Assembly (NCBI GenBank): GCA_043747615.1
Contig: JAYTOU010000016.1
Span: 10,414 to 74,413 of the forward strand
From: Myxococcales bacterium
GTDB lineage: Bacteria; Myxococcota_A; Polyangia; Polyangiales; Polyangiaceae
Direction: 5' to 3'
Length of the DNA stretch: 64,000 nt
Shown: piece by piece, positions 1 through 9,253 of the stretch
How the letters are laid out: every line of letters begins with the position of its first letter
Numbering within the stretch: position 1 is the first letter of the stretch
Position numbers and translations under genes: made by a program
Notes under the pieces: model-generated
Seen by the model: only the letters and a program-made list of their open reading frames with translations
What the model was told of the DNA's origin: nothing
The model's database searches: none

Positions 1-1279
1 CGGGCAAGTCGCTGTTCGCGTCCCCAGCGAGCGAGACGCCGCCCTGGCGATCGATCATGAATTTCACCGCCACGCGACCGGCGAGTGAAGGATTGGTGCG
101 AAGCCCCGCCTCGTAGCAATTGCGGAAGCGCCCTTGATTTTGGCGCACGATGCGCTGGATGACTTCGGCCGGGAGGTGACCGTTCGCCTCGAAGTCTTTC
201 GCCATGCGCCAGCTCGGTCCGGCGCTTGGAGTGTGCGTTCCAGGAAGGCGACCGTGACCGATTCCCCTGCACGGGCCAGGGCCGACGCAGGTCCCGTTGC
301 CGAGATGCGAGTCGAGCGAGCGACCGAGCCCGCCGATGTCGTTGATGCCGATGCCTTCGTTGTTTCCGCCGCCGCCCTCACCGGGACTCGTGAGTCCGAG
401 GCCGGAGCCAAACGCATCGCCGATGTCACCCGCCCACAGGTTTCCCAGGTGGCTCTCCTTGTCGCTCCCGTTGAGGGTGCTTCCCCAAGGGACGACGGGA
501 GCGTTCGGATCGCTGAGGCTCGAAGATCCGAGGAGACCGATCATTCCAAAGTCTTTTGCGAGCTGACGCTCTTGGTCGCGCGCCAAGGTCGGGTCTTTGG
601 CGTCGCCCTTCGCGCTGTAATGTCCGCTCGTCGTCGCGGTCTGTTTGCCCATCGCCCCTTCGGGGCCTTCCGCTTTTCCGCCGCCGGCGCCTGGGTCGTT
701 GGCGCCAGAGGTCGCACCTTGATCTCCTTCGCTCGGGGGCGGCTCGCGCTCGTGCTCGGCCGTCGCATCGAGGTAGGCGCGCATCGCGTACATCTGGTCA
801 CGCGAGATCCCCTCGGCATCGTCCGCGCCGAGCGCGGGAAGGAAGAACGCTAGGGACGCGAAGATCGCCACGTGCATGAAGGCCGACGCCCCGACCGATT
901 TGAGCGCGCTCTCATCGACGGCCGCAGCGAGCGTTCCGGCCACCTTTTTCCCTGCAGCGACGATCTCGAGCGTAAAGGTGAACTCGCCCATCACGAGGCT
1001 CGTCGGCTGCCCGCGTTTGAGCTCGATAGGATTGCCGCGCGGCGGGTTCACGTACGTGCTTCCCGTGGCATGCGACAGAATGTTCAGCGAGCTCGACCCT
1101 ACGATCTCGTCGGGGAGCGCAAAATCGCAGCCCGGTGCGTCACCGACGGTGATCGGATCGGTGAGCGCGAAGTGCTTCGTGGCGAGGACGTTGTCTCCCC
1201 ACGACAGAGTGGCCTCGACCCTCTCCACGTCGTGACGTTCGACATCTAGGTCGGTCGACAGCTCGCTGCTCCGCATCAT
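1..1279 (-). CDS. AgmX/PglI C-terminal (TonB-C-like) domain membrane protein, truncated by the left window edge
   Basis: Not in the ORF track because it runs off the edge. Manual translation gives MMRSSELS...SAFMHVAIFASLAFFLP (TM), a Gly-rich linker, then GHLPAEVIQRIVRQNQGRFRNCYEAGLRTNPSLAGRVAVKFMIDRQG, typical of this myxobacterial family. Confidence 0.8.
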   Translation of the reverse strand, partial: MMRSSELSTDLDVERHDVERVEATLSWGDNVLATKHFALTDPITVGDAPGCDFALPDEIVGSSSLNILSHATGSTYVNPPRGNPIELKRGQPTSLVMGEFTFTLEIVAAGKKVAGTLAAAVDESALKSVGASAFMHVAIFASLAFFLPALGADDAEGISRDQMYAMRAYLDATAEHEREPPPSEGDQGATSGANDPGAGGGKAEGPEGAMGKQTATTSGHYSAKGDAKDPTLARDQERQLAKDFGMIGLLGSSSLSDPNAPVVPWGSTLNGSDKESHLGNLWAGDIGDAFGSGLGLTSPGEGGGGNNEGIGINDIGGLGRSLDSHLGNGTCVGPGPCRGIGHGRLPGTHTPSAGPSWRMAKDFEANGHLPAEVIQRIVRQNQGRFRNCYEAGLRTNPSLAGRVAVKFMIDRQGGVSLAGDANSDLP

Positions 1280-1619
1280 CACGTATCCGGTTGCCATTGA
1301 TGCATCTCTCCCTTCGCGCCGAAGCGCGTGACCGTCTGTTGAACTGTCGCGCTCCGTCGTTTCCGCGCTCAATGGGAGAGACAGCGCCTCGTGCCCATTG
1401 GTTCCAAAAAAAGCGAGGGCGGCGATACGACGGCACACGCGTTGGGTACGTGAGCGATGACTGGGATTCCCGATGCCATCCGTCCGGTCGTCAACCACAG
1501 CGCTCGCCGATGCCGCGATGAAAGCGGGAGACGGTCGCGGAGCGCTCGGGAACGCGCTTTCTCCTCGGACTCTCGAGCATCGATGCAGCGTGGCTCGTGC
1601 GTCGCCGCTCACGACGTTA

Positions 1620-1665
1620 AATAAAAAAACGCGCGTCCTCACCCCTTCCGGAGGAGGACGCGCGC
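1620..1665 (-). terminator. Intrinsic terminator of the ester-cyclase gene
   Basis: Inverted repeat cgcgcgtcctc...gaggacgcgcg followed on the minus strand by a T tract, about 20 nt after the stop at 1687. Confidence 0.8.
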
Positions 1666-1686
1666 TTCGTCCAGCCAAGCGCCGAA

Positions 1687-2838
1687 TTACTTTTTCGGCG
1701 GCGTCGCCGGGGTTGCGGGCTTCTTGGTCGTCGTCGTGGCGGCGGGCGTGGTCGTGGTGGTCGTTGTCTTCGCCGAATTCGGCGCCTTCAGGAGGCCGAG
1801 CTGGCTGAGGAGCTCGGTGTTGTTCGCGTACGTCCAGCCGCGAACCATCTTGCCGTTCTTGACCTGGATGATGTCGACGCCGTGGAGGTTGACCGGCTTC
1901 TTCGTGGCCGCGATCGGACCCATCGGTCCTTTTTGCGTGCCCGTCATGTTGAATTCAACGATCGCGAAATCCTCGACGCCCATGCTGGTGGTCGCCGGGG
2001 TCTTGAGATCCGGAAGAGCCTTCGTGATCATCCCGAAGAACTTCTTCGCTTCGGTCTTGCCCTTCATGCTCTCAGGCATCGTCATGTCGTTGTATTCGAC
2101 GTCATCCGACATGATGCCGAGGAAGTCCGCTTCCTTCTTGTTTTCCATGGCCGTGTACATCGTCTTCACGAGCTCGACGTTCTTGTCTTCGTCGGGCGTG
2201 CCCTTCGCCATGTGCATCTCCGGCGGGCCACTCGGCGCCGTCGGGATCGGGCGGGCTTTGCCCTTCGCGAGGCCCATCTGGGTCATCATGGTGACGCCGT
2301 CCATGTACGCATTTTCTTTCTTCACGAGGCCGTCGGCCGAGTACGTCATGACGCTGACGCCCATCTGCCCGACCTGCTTCTCGGTGGGCTTCATGCCCAT
2401 GAAGTCGCCGGTGTTCGTGCCCGACCAGCCCCACTCGACGACGACCGCGTCGTTCTTGGTCCAGACGCGCGAAGCCCAGCCCTTCGAGTCTTTGAAGGCG
2501 TCGAAGCGGGACTGCCACGCCGCTTGGATCTCTCCGCGGCCGTGTGCGTCGGGCATACCAGGCGAGGTGACGACGGCGTCTTCCGTGTAGGTCGCGGCGA
2601 TCTTGGCGGCGTCGTGCGAGGCCATCGCGTCCATGCGCGCTTTGCCGTTGGCGGCCATGAGCTCGCCGAGGGTGGGCTTGGGCGCGACGGGCGCGGCAAC
2701 CTCGACGGGTGCGGGCGGGGTCACGACGGCAACCGGCGGCGGCGCCGGGGGCGTCTCCGGGGGCTTGGAAGCTTCATCGCCTCCACAAGCGCTCAACAGC
2801 AACCCAAGAACCAGCGCCCCGCATACTGATCGCATCAT
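1687..2838 (-). CDS. Lipoprotein with tandem SnoaL/NTF2-like (ester cyclase) domains
   Basis: Start reassigned to MMRSVCG, with GGAGG upstream. Lipobox LSAC, Pro-rich linker, and two repeats of the GT.TG.FMG..PT.K.V-type motif. Confidence 0.8.
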   Translation of the reverse strand: MMRSVCGALVLGLLLSACGGDEASKPPETPPAPPPVAVVTPPAPVEVAAPVAPKPTLGELMAANGKARMDAMASHDAAKIAATYTEDAVVTSPGMPDAHGRGEIQAAWQSRFDAFKDSKGWASRVWTKNDAVVVEWGWSGTNTGDFMGMKPTEKQVGQMGVSVMTYSADGLVKKENAYMDGVTMMTQMGLAKGKARPIPTAPSGPPEMHMAKGTPDEDKNVELVKTMYTAMENKKEADFLGIMSDDVEYNDMTMPESMKGKTEAKKFFGMITKALPDLKTPATTSMGVEDFAIVEFNMTGTQKGPMGPIAATKKPVNLHGVDIIQVKNGKMVRGWTYANNTELLSQLGLLKAPNSAKTTTTTTTPAATTTTKKPATPATPPKK

Positions 2839-2926
2839 GATGACCTCCAAATTGTCGATTTCCCGATGTCTTTCCCTCGCTTTTGTGCCCGCCGTCAAGC
2901 CCGGAATCCTGTAAGTCAGTGGTGAC

Positions 2927-3871
2927 GTGCGAAAACGACCGCTCGGAAAAACGGGGCTCTTCGTGTCCGAGATGAGCCTCGGGACATGGGGCTTGTCTGG
3001 AGACGCGTATGGCAAGGTCGAGCCGGCCGACGCGGAGCGGGTCATTGCGCGCGCCGTCGACGTCGGAATCACCCTGTTCGACACCGCTGACGCCTACGGG
3101 CTCGGCCGCATGGAAGCGCTCCTCGGGAAGGTGCTCGCTCCGCACAAGGACGCAATCGTCCTCACGAAGGGCGGTACGGATCGCACCACCGAGCCGCCGC
3201 GAAAGCACTTCGAACCCGGACATCTGAGATCCTCGGTGGAGCGCTCCCTCAAGCGGCTCGGCCGCGAGCGCCTGGACATCTACGTGCTCCACAATCCAAG
3301 CGCCGATGCCCTCGCGCTCGGAGAGGCGACCGACACCCTCCTCGAGCTGAAGAAGGAAGGAAAAATCGGAGTGTGGGGAGTCTCGGCAGGGGACGCGGAG
3401 GTCGCGAAGGTGGCGATCGACAAAGGCTGCGAGGTGCTCGTGCTCGCCTACAACCTCCTTCACGGCATCGATCTGCACCGCATCGCCGGTGACGTGATGC
3501 TCGCGGGCGTCGGGGTCCTCGCCCACTCCGTTCTCGGCTACGGCCTCCTCGCAGGGCTCTGGACCAAGGAGCGCGTCTTCGGCGACGGGGATCATCGAAG
3601 CGATCGCTGGACGAGGGTGGAGCTCGAGAAACGGGTCGGACAGCTCGACGCCGTACGCTTCCTCGTGAAGGGCGACGTACACTCGATGCGCGCCGCTGCC
3701 GTTCGCTACGTGCTCGCGAACAGCCTTGTTTCCTCGGCGATTTTGGGCCCCCGCTCCGTCGAGCAACTCGAGCAGCTCATTCGCGAAACGGGCGGCGGTC
3801 CGCTCTATTTGCCGGACGCCGATCTCGCAGCGTTTCCTCGCGCGCTCGCGAAGCTCGGAATCTTGCTGTGA
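2927..3871 (+). CDS. Aldo/keto reductase
   Basis: LGKTGLFVSEMSLGTW, FDTADAYG, SLKRLGRERLDIYVLHNP and GVWGVS motifs. Confidence 0.9.
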   Translation: MRKRPLGKTGLFVSEMSLGTWGLSGDAYGKVEPADAERVIARAVDVGITLFDTADAYGLGRMEALLGKVLAPHKDAIVLTKGGTDRTTEPPRKHFEPGHLRSSVERSLKRLGRERLDIYVLHNPSADALALGEATDTLLELKKEGKIGVWGVSAGDAEVAKVAIDKGCEVLVLAYNLLHGIDLHRIAGDVMLAGVGVLAHSVLGYGLLAGLWTKERVFGDGDHRSDRWTRVELEKRVGQLDAVRFLVKGDVHSMRAAAVRYVLANSLVSSAILGPRSVEQLEQLIRETGGGPLYLPDADLAAFPRALAKLGILL

Positions 3872-4698
3872 GCAACGTGCCGCCGAAGGAGATCCTCGAG
3901 CGCGTGATCCCGATCGCGCGCGCTGCGGCGGAGCGCATCCGCGCAGTGTACGCCGGCGCATTCACCGTCGACTTCAAAGGGAAAAACGATCCGGTCACCA
4001 TCGCCGATCGCGATGCCGACGCCATCATATGCAGCGCCCTCACCCAGGCGTTCCCAGAGATCCCCATCGTTTCCGAAGAAGGTGACGCCTCCGCGTTCGA
4101 CGCACGCCACGGATCGGAGCGGGTGTGGTTCGTCGACCCGCTCGACGGGACGCGCGACTTCGTCGAGCGAAATGGAGAATTTGCGGTGATGATTGGGCTT
4201 GCGGAGGCAGGCCGTGCCGTTCTCGGCGTCATCGATTGCCCCGCATCCCATCGCTGCTTCGTCGGCGCAGAGGGGCTCGGCGCTTTCGAGTTCAAGGACG
4301 ACACCTGGTATCCGATCCACGTCTCGAACATCGACGTCCACGAGCACGCGCGCCTCGTCGTCTCGCGAAGTAGGCCTTCACCCGTGCTCGCCGAGCATGC
4401 GAAAAGCTTGGGCATCACAAGGATCGCAAGCCTGGGGAGCGCAGGGCTCAAGGCGCTCCGTGTCGCGTGCGGCGAAGCAGACATCTATGCGCACCTCGGC
4501 GTGGCGGGCTTCCGATGGGACACGTGCGCGCCCGAAGCGATCGTCGTCGCGGCAGGCGGAAGAGTGACTACCTCGCGCGGCGACCCGATCGACTATCGCG
4601 CGAAATCCCTGGAAAATACCGAGGGAATTTTGATCACCAACGGCGTGCTCCACGCCGCGTTTCTCGAGGCGCTGTCTTCGAAAAAGAGCACTTGCTGA
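3868..4698 (+). CDS. cysQ: Inositol monophosphatase/CysQ family 3'(2'),5'-bisphosphate nucleotidase
   Basis: PVTIAD, SEE, WFVDPLDGTRDF and WDTCAPEAI motifs; GTGA overlap with the upstream gene. Confidence 0.8.
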   Translation: MSNVPPKEILERVIPIARAAAERIRAVYAGAFTVDFKGKNDPVTIADRDADAIICSALTQAFPEIPIVSEEGDASAFDARHGSERVWFVDPLDGTRDFVERNGEFAVMIGLAEAGRAVLGVIDCPASHRCFVGAEGLGAFEFKDDTWYPIHVSNIDVHEHARLVVSRSRPSPVLAEHAKSLGITRIASLGSAGLKALRVACGEADIYAHLGVAGFRWDTCAPEAIVVAAGGRVTTSRGDPIDYRAKSLENTEGILITNGVLHAAFLEALSSKKSTC

Positions 4699-4718
4699 AG
4701 AAACTTCGGTTCGTCTTT

Positions 4719-6746
4719 TCAACGCGGAGCGAACTCGATGTCTTGAAAGAGCGCGAGCTCGTGGTGAAGCCGCGCGGCATCGGCGGCCCGCGCAAACGCG
4801 AGATCGTTCGACTCGGTCGGATCCTCGCGCGGCGCATAGAGCTCGAGTAGGCCGTCCTCGAAGGTCTCGATCAACGTGAGATCTCGCTCGACCAACGCCG
4901 CCATCGGTGTGAGATCCAACGCGCCACGCACCCCTCGCGCGCTTCGCGACACGACGAAGCGATGGAGCGGTGTCGAGAGCGACGCACGAAGCCGTAGCCA
5001 GCTGCGTCCGAATCGCTCCGCATCCGGTGAGACGGCGACGCGTCCGAACGCCCCGAGGATGGTCGCGTGAATGTCGCGATGGCTCACGACCTCGTCGTAT
5101 CCCCCCGGGCCGAGACCGGGCGCAACGACGATCGCCGGAACATGAATCAGCTCTTCGTAGCCGGAGATCCCGTGGTCTCGGATGTTGTGGCGCCCGAAGC
5201 CTTCTCCGTGATCGCCGGTGAGGATGACCGTAACCGGCCGCGTCTTCTCGCTGGAGATGGTGTCGAGCAAGCGTGCGAGCTCTCGGTCCACGAACGCGAG
5301 CTCGGCGAGGTACGTGGCGAACGTTCGGTCGAGATCAGGCGCGTACGGAAACGCGCTCGGAGCAAGTGTATACGGAGTGTGCGCGTCGATGTAGTGCACC
5401 CAGAGGAGGTGCGCTGCGTGCGTCACGGCGTTCGCACGAAGATCTCCTAGGGCTACGTCGGTGGTCTCCGCGGCGTTCCAACGTCCGGTGCCGTGCAGCC
5501 TGGTCGTGAATCCGGCGAACTGAATCGCGTTTACGAACTCTTTTCCGAAGGGAAAAACGGCGGTGGACGCGATGCCGACGCCGCCGAGCTGCACGCCGAC
5601 TGGGGTCGCTTGATCGAAGCCGCGCTCGATGAGTCGCATCGACGGCACCGTGCGCGTGCCGCCCGAGTACATGCGTCGAAGCACCACGCCGCGCGCGGCA
5701 TAGGCGGTCAGGTTGGGCATCACGTCTGGGCGAAACGCATCGGCACGCCAGCAGTCGATCGTGACCAGGAGCACGAGCGGAGCGTTGCCCGCGACGAGCT
5801 CCGCGTCTGGGTTTCCCAACGGCGGCGCGAGCCCGCGATCGGAGTCCGTCGGGTGCTCGGGTAATGTCGCGCCGTTGCAATTCATGTCCACGCCGGGGCG
5901 GGCCTCGTGCGCGCTCGGTCGGCGGGCGCCGTCGAAGTCGTCGCAGTCGGTGCCCCACGCGATGGGCGAATAACCGTCGAAGTCGGCGTCGACCACCGCA
6001 CGCGCGAAACGCGCGAGACGCGGCTCATGGATCGCGTACTGCCAGCTCACCGCCCGCCAGCCCGGTGCGGCGCGATCGACGCCGAGCAAGATGCCGAACG
6101 GCGTGATCGCGCAGAGCGCTACCCAAAGAGCTAGGCGCTGCGATGGCAAGCATACGATGCGCCGCCGAATCGGGGAGACGATCGCGACTCCGCCCACGAG
6201 CGCGAGGACGACGATCAGATCGCGCAAGTCGCGGAGCGGTTTGTGAATGGAGACGAACAGCTCGATATAGCCCAAGAGCAGGACCACCCTGCCGACGGTG
6301 AGACGCACCGCAGGGCGGGGGGAGCGAGCGGCGGCGACCGTCAGGACGAGCACGACGACGAAGCCGACTTGCGTGGCACGCGAGGCGAACGTCCCCGTAC
6401 CATCCATCAGCGCGCTCGGACCGCTCGCGAACAACCAGAGCGTCGCACCCAGGCTGGCGAGCGCGATCGGCACCGCCCATAGTCGAGGCGCGCGCACCTC
6501 GACAAAGGAGGAAGCCGCAGCAAGGAGCGTGATGATCGGCGCGACGATGAGGCCAACCCATGCCGCGAACGCGGCGCCGGTCAGCCCGCTGGCGAGCGCG
6601 ACGCGCAGCGAGTGACCCGACATCAGCACGGCGCCGCAATCGACGTTGAACGCGAAGATGCCGAAGACGGACGCGACCATGAGCGCCCAGCTCGCGATCT
6701 CGTGTAACAGGCGATTGAGCGTCCACGTCCCGACCATTCTCGTCAT
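4719..6746 (-). CDS. Membrane-anchored sulfatase/alkaline-phosphatase superfamily protein
   Basis: Multi-TM N-terminus, DCDD...NCNG motif, LLVTIDCWRAD, HYIDAHTPY, TGDHGEGF and HVP motifs. Confidence 0.75.
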   Translation of the reverse strand: MTRMVGTWTLNRLLHEIASWALMVASVFGIFAFNVDCGAVLMSGHSLRVALASGLTGAAFAAWVGLIVAPIITLLAAASSFVEVRAPRLWAVPIALASLGATLWLFASGPSALMDGTGTFASRATQVGFVVVLVLTVAAARSPRPAVRLTVGRVVLLLGYIELFVSIHKPLRDLRDLIVVLALVGGVAIVSPIRRRIVCLPSQRLALWVALCAITPFGILLGVDRAAPGWRAVSWQYAIHEPRLARFARAVVDADFDGYSPIAWGTDCDDFDGARRPSAHEARPGVDMNCNGATLPEHPTDSDRGLAPPLGNPDAELVAGNAPLVLLVTIDCWRADAFRPDVMPNLTAYAARGVVLRRMYSGGTRTVPSMRLIERGFDQATPVGVQLGGVGIASTAVFPFGKEFVNAIQFAGFTTRLHGTGRWNAAETTDVALGDLRANAVTHAAHLLWVHYIDAHTPYTLAPSAFPYAPDLDRTFATYLAELAFVDRELARLLDTISSEKTRPVTVILTGDHGEGFGRHNIRDHGISGYEELIHVPAIVVAPGLGPGGYDEVVSHRDIHATILGAFGRVAVSPDAERFGRSWLRLRASLSTPLHRFVVSRSARGVRGALDLTPMAALVERDLTLIETFEDGLLELYAPREDPTESNDLAFARAADAARLHHELALFQDIEFAPR

Positions 6747-6815
6747 CCGTTCTAGACCACCGATCCTAGCGGCAATCGGGGCGGGAATGATTTGGGGACC
6801 AGAATCCGCCGTGCT

Positions 6816-7826
6816 TCAGGGAACGAGAACGGCGCGAAAACGAACTTTGTTCGCCATCATGCGCGCGTACGCCTCCTCGGCCTGTTCGAGCTTGAAGACC
6901 TCGACTCTCGGCCGTACGCCGCTGAGCGCGCTGAACGTCATCGTCTCCTCCGAGTCGATCGCGCTTCCGCTTGGCCATCCGGCGATGGATTTGCCGCTCA
7001 AGAGACCAAACGCCGACACTTGAATGGGCTCGAACGGGGCCGCCACGATGAGGAGCTTTCCGCGCGGCTTCAGCCCGTCGACGGTACTTGCGATGGCCTC
7101 GGCGTGCGGAGCCGTTGCGAGCACGAGATCGGCGCCGCCGAGCTTCTGCAAGCCCTCCGCGGCCTTGGTCTTGGCAGTGTCGACGTAGTCGTGTGCACCA
7201 AGCTCGCGCGCGAGCTTCTCTTTGTCGGGGCCGCTCGAGATGGCGACAGTGTGAAACCCCATGCGCGCGGCGTACTGAATGGCAAGGTGTCCGAGACCGC
7301 CGATGCCCTGCACAGCCACGGTGTCTCCGGCGCGTGCGCCGCTGTGACGGAGTGCGTTGTACGTGGTAACTCCGGCGCAGAGGAGCGGGCCGGCATCCTT
7401 CGAGTCAAGCTTTTCGGGGATCCGCGCGACCGCCTCGCTCGGAACGACCACGTACTCGGCATAACCCCCGTCGTGGGTCACGCCGGTGATCTTCGCGTTG
7501 GCGCAGTTGATGAAGAGCCCCTTGCGGCAAGCCGTGCACTGAAAGCAGTGACCTCCGTGCCAGCCGACGCCGACCCGCTCGCCCGCCTTCCAGGCCGTGA
7601 CGTCTGGGCCGACGGCGTCGACGCGACCGGCGATCTCGTGGCCGGGGATCCGCGGCAGGACGAGGCCCGGGAAGCCGCCCGATTTCACGAACATGTCGCT
7701 GTGGCACATGCCGCAGGCTTCCACGCGAATGCGTATCCATCCACGCGCGGGCTCCGGAATGTCTCTCTCCACGACTTCGAAAAGGCCGCCCGCTTTCGCC
7801 ACCTGAACTGCCTTCATCTTCGCCAT
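6816..7826 (-). CDS. Zinc-dependent alcohol dehydrogenase (MDR family)
   Basis: Start at MAKMKAV. GMCHSD, GHEIAG, CxxCxxC...C structural Zn site and GIGGLG. Confidence 0.92.
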   Translation of the reverse strand: MAKMKAVQVAKAGGLFEVVERDIPEPARGWIRIRVEACGMCHSDMFVKSGGFPGLVLPRIPGHEIAGRVDAVGPDVTAWKAGERVGVGWHGGHCFQCTACRKGLFINCANAKITGVTHDGGYAEYVVVPSEAVARIPEKLDSKDAGPLLCAGVTTYNALRHSGARAGDTVAVQGIGGLGHLAIQYAARMGFHTVAISSGPDKEKLARELGAHDYVDTAKTKAAEGLQKLGGADLVLATAPHAEAIASTVDGLKPRGKLLIVAAPFEPIQVSAFGLLSGKSIAGWPSGSAIDSEETMTFSALSGVRPRVEVFKLEQAEEAYARMMANKVRFRAVLVP

Positions 7827-8031
7827 GGTCGCTCTCCGTGGTCTCGCTTTTCGAGTCGAGCAACCTGGGTTCGACGCGTCGAAATAGCAAGCGCCAAGCC
7901 GCCGAGGGCGTGCCCTCCCACCTGCCGCGGCGGACGCCTCGCGAGCATCAATGAGGATCTCGACGTTCTTCTGTGTCATACGACACTTCCTCGGAGCCAA
8001 AAGATGCGTATTGCCAAGCAGGCGCCCCACG

Positions 8032-9210
8032 ATGCGTGATCGGGCAGACGTCGTCGTGATCGGAGCGGGCATCATGGGCCTATCGATCGCCTATCACCTC
8101 GCCAAGCTCGGAACGACGAACGTCACCGTCGTGGATCGCAGCTATCTCTGCGGCGGCGCGAGCGGGCGCAACGGCGGTGGAATTCGCGCCCAATGGTCGA
8201 GCGAGGCCAACGTGCGGCTCATGCAGGAGAGCATCCGCATGTGCCAAGAATTTGCGAGCGTGATGAAGATCAACATCTGGTTTCGTCAGGGGGGCTACCT
8301 CTTTCTCGCCCGGAGCGAAGAGAAGCGGCGCGCTCTCGAAGCGAGCGTGAAGCTACAAAACGAGTGCGGCTTATCCACGCGCATGCTCACCGCACGCGAG
8401 GCACAAAAAATCGTTCCCGAGCTCGACGTCGACGGGGTCGTCGCTGCGAGCTTCAGTCCCGATGACGGCGTGGTCTTCCCGTGGCCCTTCGTGTGGGGCT
8501 TCGCGCAGGCCGCACGAAAGCTCGGCGTGGAGGTCGCGACGTTCACCGACGTGATCGGTTTCGAGACCACCGGCGGACACATCGAAGGCGTCGTCACCCG
8601 GCCGGTCGGCGCGCTTCCCGGCTCCGGAAAGACGCAGCTGATCCGCACGCGTCAGGTCGTCAACGCCGCGGGAGCCTGGTCCCCCGAGGTCGCAAAAATG
8701 CTCGGCGTCGCTCTTCCCAACAAACCTCACCGCCACGAAATTTGTTCCACCGAGCCGCTAAAGCCGTGGCTCAAGCCCCTGGTCGCCGATCTCACGGATG
8801 GCCTTTATTTCAGCCAGTCAACGCGGGGCGAGATCGTCGGCGGTGTCGGCCAGGAGCGCGTCCCCGACGGTCTCAACCAAGAAAGCTCGCACGCTTTTTT
8901 GGGGAGGTACGCGACCGCTCTCGTCCGCGCGTGCCCCGTTCTCGCGAAGGTGAAGGTGCTTCGCCAGTGGGCCGGTTGCTACGACATCACGCCCGACGCC
9001 AATCCCATCGTGGGGGAGGTCGACGAGATCGAAGGTTTTTACCAAGCCTCCGGCTTCATGGGGCATGGATTCATGATGGCGCCGGTCATGGGCAAGCTCA
9101 TTGCGCAGTACATCGTCGAGCGCACCCCCCTGCCGATGTTCGAGCGCTGGAACCTCCGGCGCTTCAAGGCGGGAGGGAAGCTATTGTCCGAAGCCATGAT
9201 TATCGGCTAG
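8032..9210 (+). CDS. FAD-dependent oxidoreductase (DAO/sarcosine oxidase beta-like)
   Basis: Start at MRDRAD. VVIGAGIMG, GASGRNGG, WAGCYDITPD and GFMGHGF motifs. Confidence 0.88.
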   Translation: MRDRADVVVIGAGIMGLSIAYHLAKLGTTNVTVVDRSYLCGGASGRNGGGIRAQWSSEANVRLMQESIRMCQEFASVMKINIWFRQGGYLFLARSEEKRRALEASVKLQNECGLSTRMLTAREAQKIVPELDVDGVVAASFSPDDGVVFPWPFVWGFAQAARKLGVEVATFTDVIGFETTGGHIEGVVTRPVGALPGSGKTQLIRTRQVVNAAGAWSPEVAKMLGVALPNKPHRHEICSTEPLKPWLKPLVADLTDGLYFSQSTRGEIVGGVGQERVPDGLNQESSHAFLGRYATALVRACPVLAKVKVLRQWAGCYDITPDANPIVGEVDEIEGFYQASGFMGHGFMMAPVMGKLIAQYIVERTPLPMFERWNLRRFKAGGKLLSEAMIIG

Positions 9211-9253
9211 CGTCCGTTCCCGCGTCCCGCAGTTTTTCCCGGAGGAATGGCTC

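Noticed and set aside
1280..1620. Short ORFs in the intergenic region
   Set aside because: No RBS, codon bias or recognisable motifs. Probably a promoter region.
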